From the human T2T-CHM13v2.0 reference genome, Homo sapiens, in the NCBI RefSeq assembly GCF_009914755.1, contig NC_060947.1: DNA of 64,000 nucleotides. The stretch is one strand, 5' to 3'. The translations under genes were made by a program, and so were the position numbers. The notes under the pieces are model-generated. The model had not been told where the DNA came from. It saw only the letters and a program-made list of their open reading frames with translations, and made no database searches. Below, one piece after another: positions 36,801-48,800 of the stretch. Each line of letters starts with the position of its first letter. Within the stretch, counting starts at the first letter, position 1.

Positions 36801-39800
36801 GTTCAGCTCCCTGAGTTAAACTCCATCGTCACAAAGAATTTTCTGAGAGTGCTACCGTCTGGTTTTTATATGAAGTTCTTTCCTTCACTACCACAGGCCT
36901 CAAAGCGGTCCAAATCTCCACTTGCAGATTCTACAAAAAGAGTGTTTGCAAACTGCTCTATCAAAAGGAATGTTCAACTCTGGGAGTTGAATGCAATCAT
37001 CACAGAGCAGTTTCTGAGAATGCTTCTATGTCGTTTTTAGGAGAAGATATTTCCTTTTCCAACACAGTCCTCCAAGCCCGCTAAATAGCCACTTGCACAT
37101 TGTAGAAAAAGTGTGTCAAAGCTGCGCTATCAAAGGGAAAGTTCAACTCTGTGAGGTGAATGCAAACATCCCAAAGAAGTTTCTGAGAATGCTTCCGTTT
37201 AGCTTTTAGGTGAAGATTATCCCGTTTCCAACGAAACCTTCAAAGAGGTCCAAATATCCCCTTGCGGATCCCACAGAAAGAGTGTTTCGAAACTGCTGTT
37301 TCAAAAGGAATCTTCAACTCTGTGAGTTGAATGCAATCATCACAAAGAAGTTTCTGACAATGCTTCTCTCTCGTCTTTCTGTGAAGATAAAGGAAAAGGC
37401 TTTCAGGCCTTTGCCACCACAGGCCTGAAAGCGCTCCAAATGTCCACTTGCAGATTCTGCGAAAAGAATATTTCAAAACTGCTCTATGAAAAGCAATGTT
37501 AAACTCTGTGGCTCGAACACAAACATCACAAAGCAGTTTCTGAGAATGCTTCAGTTTAGTTTTTCTGTGGAAATATTCCCGTTTCCAAAGAAATCTTCAA
37601 AGAGGTCCACGCATCCACTTACAGATTCTACAAAAAGACAGTTTCAAAACTGCTCCATCAAAAGGAGGGTTCAACTGTGTGACTTGAATGCAATCATCAC
37701 TCAGAAGTTTCTGAGAATGCTTCTCTTTAGTTTTTACGTGAACATATACCCGTTTCGAACGAAGGCCACCCAGTGGTCCAAATATCCACTTGCAGATTCT
37801 ACAGAAAGAGTGTTTCGAACCTGAACTCTCAAAGGCAGGTTCATCTCTGCGAGTTAAATGCATTCATCATGAAGAACTTTCTCAGAGTGTTTGTGTTTAG
37901 TTATGGGAAATTATTCCCGTTTCCAACGAAATCCTCAGAGAGCTCCAAATATCCACCTGCAGATTCTACCAAAAGTGTATTTGGAAACTGCTCCATCAAA
38001 AAGCATGTTCAGCTCTGTGAGTGAAACTCCATCATCACAAAGAATATTCTGAGAATGCTTCCGTTTGCCTTTTATATGAAGTTCCTTCCTGTACTACCGT
38101 AGGCCTCAAAGCAGTCCAAATCTCCATTTGCAGATTCTATAAAAAGAGTGATTCCAATCTGCTCTATCAATAGGATTGTTCAACTCCATGAGTTGAATGC
38201 CATCCTCACAAAGTAGTTTCTGAGAATGCTTCTATCTGGTTTTTGTGTGAAGATATTTCCTTTTCCACCACAGGCCTCAAAGCCCTCCAAACGTCCACTT
38301 GCAGATTCTCGAAAAAGAGTGTTTCATAGCTGCTCTTTCAAAAGGAAAGTTCAACTCTGGGAGTTGAATACAAACATCACAAAGTAGTTTCCGAGAATGC
38401 TTCTGTTTAGTTTTTATGTGAAGATGATCCCGTTTCCAGTGAAATCTTCAAAGAGGTCCACATATCCCCTTGCAGATTCCAAAGAAAGAGGGTTTCAAAA
38501 CTGCTCCATCAGAGGATTGTTCAACTCTGTGAGTTGAATGCAGTCATCGCAGAAAACTTTCTGAGAATGCTTCTGTCTAGGTTTGATGTGAAGATATAGA
38601 CGTTTCAAACGAAGGCTACAAAGTGGTCAAAATATACACTTGCAGATTCTACTACAAGGGTGTTGCAAACCTGAACTATCAAAGGAAGGTTCAACTCTGT
38701 GAGTTGAATACAAACATCACAAAGAATGTTCTGAGTTTGCTTCCGTTCAGTTATGGGAAGTTGATCCCGTTTCCAACGAAATCCTCAGAGAGGTCCAAAT
38801 ATCCCCTCGCAGATTCTACAAAACGTGTGTTTGGAAACTGCTCCATCATAACGAATGTTCAGCTCCCTGAGTTAAACTCCATCGTCACAAAGAATTTTCT
38901 GAGAGTGCTACCGTCTGGTTTTTATATGAAGTTCTTTCCTTCACTACCACAGGCCTCAAAGCGGTCCAAATCTCCACTTGCAGATTCTACAAAAAGAGTG
39001 TTTGCAAACTGCTCTATCAAAAGGAATGTTCAACTCTGGGAGTTGAATGCAATCATCACAGAGCAGTTTCTGAGAATGCTTCTATGTCGTTTTTAGGAGA
39101 AGATATTTCCTTTTCCAACACAGTCCTCCAAGCCCGCTAAATAGCCACTTGCACATTGTAGAAAAAGTGTGTCAAAGCTGCGCTATCAAAGGGAAAGTTC
39201 AACTCTGTGAGGTGAATGCAAACATCCCAAAGAAGTTTCTGAGAATGCTTCCGTTTAGCTTTTAGGTGAAGATTATCCCGTTTCCAACGAAACCTTCAAA
39301 GAGGTCCAAATATCCCCTTGCGGATCCCACAGAAAGAGTGTTTCGAAACTGCTGTTTCAAAAGGAATCTTCAACTCTGTGAGTTGAATGCAATCATCACA
39401 AAGAAGTTTCTGACAATGCTTCTCTCTCGTCTTTCTGTGAAGATAAAGGAAAAGGCTTTCAGGCCTTTGCCACCACAGGCCTGAAAGCGCTCCAAATGTC
39501 CACTTGCAGATTCTGCCAAAAGAATATTTCAAAACTGCTCTATGAAAAGCAATGTTAAACTCTGCGGCTCGAACACAAACATCACAAAGCGGTTTCTGAG
39601 AATGCTTCGGTTTAGTTTTTCTGTGGAAATATTCCCGTTTCCAAAGAAATCTTCAAAGAGGTCCACGTATCCACTTACAGATTCTACAAAAAGACAGTTT
39701 CAAAACTGCTCCATCAAAAGGAGGGTTCAACTGTGTGACTTGAATGCAATCATCACTCAGAAGTTTCTGAGAATGCTTCTCTTTAGTTTTTACGTGAACA

Positions 39801-42800
39801 TATACCCGTTTCGAACGAAGGCCACCCAGTGGTCCAAATATCCACTTGCAGATTCTACAGAAAGAGTGTTTCGAACCTGAACTCTCAAAGGCAGGTTCAT
39901 CACTGCGAGTTAAATGCATTCATCATGAAGAACTTTCTCAGCGTGTTTGTGTTTAGTTATGGGAAATTATTCCCGTTTCCAACGAAATCCTCAGAGAGCT
40001 CCAAATATCCACCTGCAGATTCTACCAAAAGTGTATTTGGAAACTGCTCCATCAAAAGGCATGTTCAGCTCTGTGAGTGAAACTCCATCATCACAAAGAA
40101 TATTCTGAGAATGCTTCCGTTTGCCTTTTATATGAAGTTCCTTCCTGTACGACCGTAGGCCTCAAAGCAGTCCAAATCTCCATTTGCAGATTCTACAAAA
40201 AGAGTGATTCCAATCTGCTCTATCAATAGGATTGTTAAACTCCATGAGTTGAATGCCATCCTCACAAAGTAGTTTCTGAGAATGCTTCTATCTAGTTTTT
40301 ATGTGAAGATATTTCCTTTTCCACCACAGGCCTCAAAGCCCTCCAAACGTCCACTTGCAGATTCTCGAAAAAGAGTGTTTCATAGCTGCTCTTTCAAAAG
40401 GAAAGTTCAACTCTGGCAGTTGAATACAAACATCACAAAGTAGTTTCCGAGAATGCTTCTGTTTAGTTTTTATGTGAAGATGATCCCGTTTCCAGTGAAA
40501 TCTTCAAAGAGGTCCACATATCCCCTTGCAGATTCCAAAGAAAGAGGGTTTCAAAACTGCTCCATCAGAAGGATTGTTCAACTCTGTGAGTTGAATGCAG
40601 TCATCGCAGAAAACTTTCTGAGAATGCTTCTGTCTAGGTTTGATGTGAAGATATAGACGTTTCAAACGAAGGCTACAAAGTGGTCAAAATATACACTTGC
40701 AGATTCTACTACAAGGGTGTTGCAAACCTGAACTATCAAAGGAAGGTTCAACTCTGTGAGTTGAATACAAACATCACAAAGAATGTTCTGAGTTTGCTTC
40801 CGTTCAGTTATGGGAAGTTGATCCCGTTTCCAACGAAATCCTCAGAGAGGTCCAAATATCCCCTTGCAGATTCTACAAAACGTGTGTTTGGAAACTGCTC
40901 CATCATAACGAATGTTCAGCTCCCTGAGTTAAACTCCATCGTCACAAAGAATTTTCTGAGAGTGCTACCGTCTGGTTTTTATATGAAGTTCTTTCCTTCA
41001 CTACCACAGGCCTCAAAGCGGTCCAAATCTCCACTTGCAGATTCTACAAAAAGAGTGTTTGCAAACTGCTCTATCAAAAGGAATGTTCAACTCTGGGAGT
41101 TGAATGCAATCATCACAGAGCAGTTTCTGAGAATGCTTCTATGTCGTTTTTAGGAGAAGATATTTCCTTTTCCAACACAGTCCTCCAAGCCCGCTAAATA
41201 GCCACTTGCACATTGTAGAAAAAGTGTGTCAAAGCTGCGCTATCAAAGGGAAAGTTCAACTCTGTGAGGTGAATGCAAACATCCCAAAGAAGTTTCTGAG
41301 AATGCTTCCGTTTAGCTTTTAGGTGAAGATTATCCCGTTTCCAACGAAACCTTCAAAGAGGTCCAAATATCCCCTTGCGGATCCCACAGAAAGAGTGTTT
41401 CGAAACTGCTGTTTCAAAAGGAATCTTCAACTCTGTGAGTTGAATGCAATCATCACAAAGAAGTTTCTGACAATGCTTCTCTCTCGTCTTTCTGTGAAGA
41501 TAAAGGAAAAGGCTTTCAGGCCTTTGCCACCACAGGCCTGAAAGCGCTCCAAATGTCCACTTGCAGATTCTGCGAAAAGAATATTTCAAAACTGCTCTAT
41601 GAAAAGCAATGTTAAACTCTGTGGCTCGAACACAAACATCACAAAGCGGTTTCTGAGAATTTTTCAGTTTAGTTTTTCTGTGGAAATATTCCCGTTTCCA
41701 AAGAAATCTTCAAAGAGGTCCACGCATCCACTTACAGATTCTACAAAAAGACAGTTTCAAAACTGCTCCATCAAAAGGAGGGTTCAACTGTGTGACTTGA
41801 ATGCAATCATCACTCAGAAGTTTCTGAGAATGCTTCTCTTTAGTTTTTACGTGAACATATACCCGTTTCGAACGAAGGCCACCCAGTGGTCCAAATATCC
41901 ACTTGCAGATTCTACAGAAAGAGTGTTTCGAACCTGAACTCTCAAAGGCAGGTTCATCTCTGCGAGTTAAATGCATTCATCATGAAGAACTTTCTCAGAG
42001 TGTTTGTGTTTAGTTATGGGAAATTATTCCCGTTTCCAACGAAATCCTCAGAGAGCTCCAAATATCCACCTGCAGATTCTACCAAAAGTGTATTTGGAAA
42101 CTGCTCCATCAAAAGGCATGTTCAGCTCTGTGAGTGAAACTCCATCATCACAAAGAATATTCTGAGAATGCTTCCGTTTGCCTTTTATATGAAGTTCCTT
42201 CCTGTACTACCGTAGGCCTCAAAGCAGTCCAAATCTCCATTTGCAGATTCTATAAAAAGAGTGATTCCAATCTGCTCTATCAATAGGATTGTTCAACTCC
42301 ATGAGTTGAATGCCATCCTCACAAAGTAGTTTCTGAGAATGCTTCTATCTGGTTTTTGTGTGAAGATATTTCCTTTTCCACCACAGGCCTCAAAGCCCTC
42401 CAAACGTCCACTTGCAGATTCTCGAAAAAGAGTGTTTCATAGCTGCTCTTTCAAAAGGAAAGTTCAACTCTGGGAGTTGAATACAAACATCACAAAATAG
42501 TTTCCGAGAATGCTTCTGTTTAGTTTTTATGTGAAGATGATCCCGTTTCCAGTGAAATCTTCAAAGAGGTCCACATATCCCCTTGCAGATTCCAAAGAAA
42601 GAGGGTTTCAAAACTGCTCCATCAGAGGATTGTTCAACTCTGTGAGTTGAATGCAGTCATCGCAGAAAACTTTCTGAGAATGCTTCTGTCTAGGTTTGAT
42701 GTGAAGATATAGACGTTTCAAACGAAGGCTACAAAGTGGTCAAAATATACACTTGCAGATTCTACTACAAGGGTGTTGCAAACCTGAAGTATCAAAGGAA

Positions 42801-45800
42801 GGTTCAACTCTGTGAGTTGAATACAAACATCACAAAGAATGTTCTGAGTTTGCTTCCGTTCAGTTATGGGAAGTTGATCCCGTTTCCAACGAAATCCTCA
42901 GAGAGGTCCAAATATCCCCTCGCAGATTCTACAAAACGTGTGTTTGGAAACTGCTCCATCATAACGAATGTTCAGCTCCCTGAGTTAAACTCCATCGTCA
43001 CAAAGAATTTTCTGAGAGTGCTACCGTCTGGTTTTTATATGAAGTTCTTTCCTTCACTACCACAGGCCTCAAAGCGGTCCAAATCTCCACTTGCAGATTC
43101 TACAAAAAGAGTGTTTGCAAACTGCTCTATCAAAAGGAATGTTCAACTCTGGGAGTTGAATGCAATCATCACAGAGCAGTTTCTGAGAATGCTTCTATGT
43201 CGTTTTTAGGAGAAGATATTTCCTTTTCCAACACAGTCCTCCAAGCCCGCTAAATAGCCACTTGCACATTGTAGAAAAAGTGTGTCAAAGCTGCGCTATC
43301 AAAGGGAAAGTTCAACTCTGTGAGGTGAATGCAAACATCCCAAAGAAGTTTCTGAGAATGCTTCCGTTTAGCTTTTAGGTGAAGATTATCCCGTTTCCAA
43401 CGAAACCTTCAAAGAGGTCCAAATATCCCCTTGCGGATCCCACAGAAAGAGTGTTTCGAAACTGCTGTTTCAAAAGGAATCTTCAACTCTGTGAGTTGAA
43501 TGCAATCATCACAAAGAAGTTTCTGACAATGCTTCTCTCTCGTCTTTCTGTGAAGATAAAGGAAAAGGCTTTCAGGCCTTTGCCACCACAGGCCTGAAAG
43601 CGCTCCAAATGTCCACTTGCAGATTCTGCCAAAAGAATATTTCAAAACTGCTCTATGAAAAGCAATGTTAAACTCTGCGGCTCGAACACAAACATCACAA
43701 AGCGGTTTCTGAGAATGCTTCAGTTTAGTTTTTCTGTGGAAATATTCCCGTTTCCAAAGAAATCTTCAAAGAGGTCCACGCATCCACTTACAGATTCTAC
43801 AAAAAGACAGTTTCAAAACTGCTCCATCAAAAGGAGGGTTCAACTGTGTGACTTGAATGCAATCATCACTCAGAAGTTTCTGAGAATGCTTCTCTTTAGT
43901 TTTTACGTGAACATATACCCGTTTCGAACGAAGGCCAGCCAGTGGTCCAAATATCCACTTGCAGATTCTACAGAAAGAGTGTTTCGAACCTGAACTCTCA
44001 AAGGCAGGTTCATCTCTGCGAGTTAAATGCATTCATCATGAAGAACTTTCTCAGAGTGTTTGTGTTTAGTTATGGGAAATTATTCCCGTTTCCAACGAAA
44101 TCCTCAGAGAGCTCCAAATATCCACCTGCAGATTCTACCAAAAGTGTATTTGGAAACTGCTCCATCAAAAGGCATGTTCAGCTCTGTCAGTGAAACTCCA
44201 TCATCAGAAAGAATATTCTGAGAATGCTTCCGTTTGCCTTTTATATGAAGTTCCTTCCTGTACTACCGTAGGCCTCAAAGCAGTCCAAATCTCCATTTGC
44301 AGATTCTACAAAAAGAGTGATTCCAATCTGCTCTATCAATAGGATTGTTCAACTCCATGAGTTGAATGCCATCCTCACAAAGTCGTTTCTGAGAATGCTT
44401 CTATCTGGTTTTTGTGTGAAGATATTTCCTTTTCCACCACAGGCCTCAAAGCCCTCCAAACGTCCACTTGCAGATTCTCGAAAAAGAGTGTTTCATAGCT
44501 GCTCTTTCAAAAGGAAAGTTCAACTCTGGGAGTTGAATACAAACATCACAAAATAGTTTCCGAGAATGCTTCTGTTTAGTTTTTATGTGAAGATGATCCC
44601 GTTTCCAGTGAAATCTTCAAAGAGGTCCACATATCCCCTTGCAGATTCCAAAGAAAGAGGGTTTCAAAACTGCTCCATCAGAAGGATTGTTCAACTCTGT
44701 GAGTTGAATGCAGTCATCGCAGAAAACTTTCTGAGAATGCTTCTGTCTAGGTTTGATGTGAAGATATAGACGTTTCAAACGAAGGCTACAAAGTGGTCAA
44801 AATATACACTTGCAGATTCTACTACAAGGGTGTTGCAAACCTGAACTATCAAAGGAAGGTTCAACTCTGTGAATTGAATACAAACATCACAAAGAATGTT
44901 CTGAGTTTGCTTCCGTTCAGTTATGGGAAGTTGATCCCGTTTCCAACGAAATCCTCAGAGAGGTCCAAATATCCCCTCGCAGATTCTACAAAACGTGTGT
45001 TTGGAAACTGCTCCATCATAACGAATGTTCAGCTCCCTGAGTTAAACTCCATCGTCACAAAGAATTTTCTGAGAGTGCTACCGTCTGGTTTTTATATGAA
45101 GTTCTTTCCTTCACTACCACAGGCCTCAAAGCGGTCCAAATCTCCACTTGCAGATTCTACAAAAAGAGTGTTTGCAAACTGCTCTATCAAAAGGAATGTT
45201 CAACTCTGGGAGTTGAATGCAATCATCACAGAGCAGTTTCTGAGAATGCTTCTATGTCGTTTTTAGGAGAAGATATTTCCTTTTCCAACACAGTCCTCCA
45301 AGCCCGCTAAATAGCCACTTGCACATTGTAGAAAAAGTGTGTCAAAGCTGCGCTATCAAAGGGAAAGTTCAACTCTGTGAGGTGAATGCAAACATCCCAA
45401 AGAAGTTTCTGAGAATGCTTCCGTTTAGCTTTTAGGTGAAGATTATCCCGTTTCCAACGAAACCTTCAAAGAGGTCCAAATATCCCCTTGCGGATCCCAC
45501 AGAAAGAGTGTTTCGAAACTGCTGTTTCAAAAGGAATCTTCAACTCTGTGAGTTGAATGCAATCATCACAAAGAAGTTTCTGACAATGCTTCTCTCTCGT
45601 CTTTCTGTGAAGATAAAGGAAAAGGCTTTCAGGCCTTTGCCACCACAGGCCTGAAAGCGCTCCAAGTGTCCACTTGCAGATTCTGCGAAAAGAATATTTC
45701 AAAACTGCTCTATGAAAAGCAATGTTAAACTCTGTGGCTCGAACACAAACATCACAAAGAGGTTTCTGAGAATGCTTCAGTTTAGTTTTTCTGTGGAAAT

Positions 45801-48800
45801 ATTCCCGTTTCCAAAGAAATCTTCAAAGAGGTCCACGTATCCACTTACAGATTCTACAAAAAGACAGTTTCAAAACTGCTCCATCAAAAGGAGGGTTCAA
45901 CCGTGTGACTTGAATGCAATCATCACTCAGAAGTTTCTGAGAATGCTTCTCTTTAGTTTTTACGTGAACATATACCCGTTTCGAACGAAGGCCACCCAGT
46001 GGTCCAAATATCCACTTGCAGATTCTACAGAAAGAGTGTTTCGAACCTGAACTCTCAAAGGCAGGTTCATCTCTGCGAGTTAAATGCATTCATCATGAAG
46101 AACTTTCTCAGAGTGTTTGTGTTTAGTTATGGGAAATTATTCCCCTTTCCAACGAAATCCTCAGAGAGCTCCAAATATCCACCTGCAGATTCTACCAAAA
46201 GTGTATTTGGAAACTGCTCCATCAAAAGGCATGTTCAGCTCTGTGAGTGAAACTCCATCATCACAAAGAATATTCTGAGAATGCTTCCGTTTGCCTTTTA
46301 TATGAAGTTCCTTCCTGTACTACCGTAGGCCTCAAAGCAGTCCAAATCTCCATTTGCAGATTCTACAAAAAGAGTGATTCCAATCTGCTCTATCAATAGG
46401 ATTGTTCAACTCCATGAGTTGAATGCCATCCTCACAAAGCAGTTTCTGAGAATGCTTCTATCTGGTTTTTGTGTGAAGATATTTCCTTTTCCACCACAGG
46501 CCTCAAAGCCCTCCAAACGTCCACTTGCAGATTCTCGAAAAAGAGTGTTTCATAGCTGCTCTTTCAAAAGGAAAGTTCAACTCTGGCAGTTGAATACAAA
46601 CATCACAAAGTAGTTTCCGAGAATGCTTCTGTTTAGTTTTTATGTGAAGATGATCCCGTTTCCAGTGAAATCTTCAAAGAGGTCCACATATCCCCTTGCA
46701 GATTCCAAAGAAAGAGGGTTTCAAAACTGCTCCATCAGAAGGATTGTTCAACTCTGTGAGTTGAATGCAGTCATCGCAGAAAACTTTCTGAGAATGCTTC
46801 TGTCTAGGTTTGATGTGAAGATATAGACGTTTCAAACGAAGGCTACAAAGTGGTCAAAATATACACTTGCAGATTCTACTACAAGGGTGTTGCAAACCTG
46901 AAGTATCAAAGGAAGGTTCAACTCTGTGAGTTGAATACAAACATCACAAAGAATGTTCTGAGTTTGCTTCCGTTCAGTTATGGGAAGTTGATCCCGTTTC
47001 CAACGAAATCCTCAGAGAGGTCCAAATATCCCCTTGCAGATTCTACAAAACGTGTGTTTGGAAACTGCTCCATCATAACGAATGTTCAGCTCCCTGAGTT
47101 AAACTCCATCGTCACAAAGAATTTTCTGAGAGTGCTACCGTCTGGTTTTTATATGAAGTTCTTTCCTTCACTACCACAGGCCTCAAAGCGGTCCAAATCT
47201 CCACTTGCAGATTCTACAAAAAGAGTGTTTGCAAACTGCTCTATCAAAAGGAATGTTCAACTCTGGGAGTTGAATGCAATCATCACAGAGCAGTTTCTGA
47301 GAATGCTTCTATGTCGTTTTTAGGAGAAGATATTTCCTTTTCCAACACAGTCCTCCAAGCCCGCTAAATAGCCACTTGCACATTGTAGAAAAAGTGTGTC
47401 AAAGCTGCGCTATCAAAGGGAAAGTTCAACTCTGTGAGGTGAATGCAAACATCCCAAAGAAGTTTCTGAGAATGCTTCCGTTTAGCTTTTAGGTGAAGAT
47501 TATCCCGTTTCCAACGAAACCTTCAAAGAGGTCCAAATATCCCCTTGCGGATCCCACAGAAAGAGTGTTTCAAAACTGCTGTTTCAAAAGGAATCTTCAA
47601 CTCTGTGAGTTGAATGCAATCATCACAAAGAAGTTTCTGACAATGCTTCTCTCTCGTCTTTCTGTGAAGATAAAGGAAAAGGCTTTCAGGCCTTTGCCAC
47701 CACAGGCCTGAAAGCGCTCCAAATGTCCACTTGCAGATTCTGCGAAAAGAATATTTCAAAACTGCTCTATGAAAAGCAATGTTAAACTCTGTGGCTCGAA
47801 CACAAACATCACAAAGCAGTTTCTGAGAATGCTTCAGTTTAGTTTTTCTGTGGAAATATTCCCGTTTCCAAAGAAATCTTCAAAGAGGTCCACGCATCCA
47901 CTTACAGATTCTACAAAAAGACAGTTTCAAAACTGCTCCATCAAAAGGAGGGTTCAACTGTGTGACTTGAATGCAATCATCACTCAGAAGTTTCTGAGAA
48001 TGCTTCTCTTTAGTTTTTACGTGAACATATACCCGTTTCGAACGAAGGCCACCCAGTGGTCCAAATATCCACTTGCAGATTCTACAGAAAGAGTGTTTCG
48101 AACCTGAACTCTCAAAGGCAGGTTCATCTCTGCGAGTTAAATGCATTCATCATGAAGAACTTTCTCAGAGTGTTTGTGTTTAGTTATGGGAAATTATTCC
48201 CGTTTCCAACGAAATCCTCAGAGAGCTCCAAATATCCACCTGCAGATTCTACCAAAAGTGTATTTGGAAACTGCTCCATCAAAAAGCATGTTCAGCTCTG
48301 TGAGTGAAACTCCATCATCACAAAGAATATTCTGAGAATGCTTCCGTTTGCCTTTTATATGAAGTTCCTTCCTGTACTACCGTAGGCCTCAAAGCAGTCC
48401 AAATCTCCATTTGCAGATTCTATAAAAAGAGTGATTCCAATCTGCTCTATCAATAGGATTGTTCAACTCCATGAGTTGAATGCCATCCTCACAAAGTAGT
48501 TTCTGAGAATGCTTCTATCTGGTTTTTGTGTGAAGATATTTCCTTTTCCACCACAGGCCTCAAAGCCCTCCAAACGTCCACTTGCAGATTTTCGAAAAAG
48601 AGTGTTTCATAGCTGCTCTTTCAAAAGGAAAGTTCAACTCTGGGAGTTGAATACAAACATCACAAAGTAGTTTCCGAGAATGCTTCTGTTTAGTTTTTAT
48701 GTGAAGATGATCCCGTTTCCAGTGAAATCTTCAAAGAGGTCCACATATCCCCTTGCAGATTCCAAAGAAAGAGGGTTTCAAAACTGCTCCATCAGAGGAT

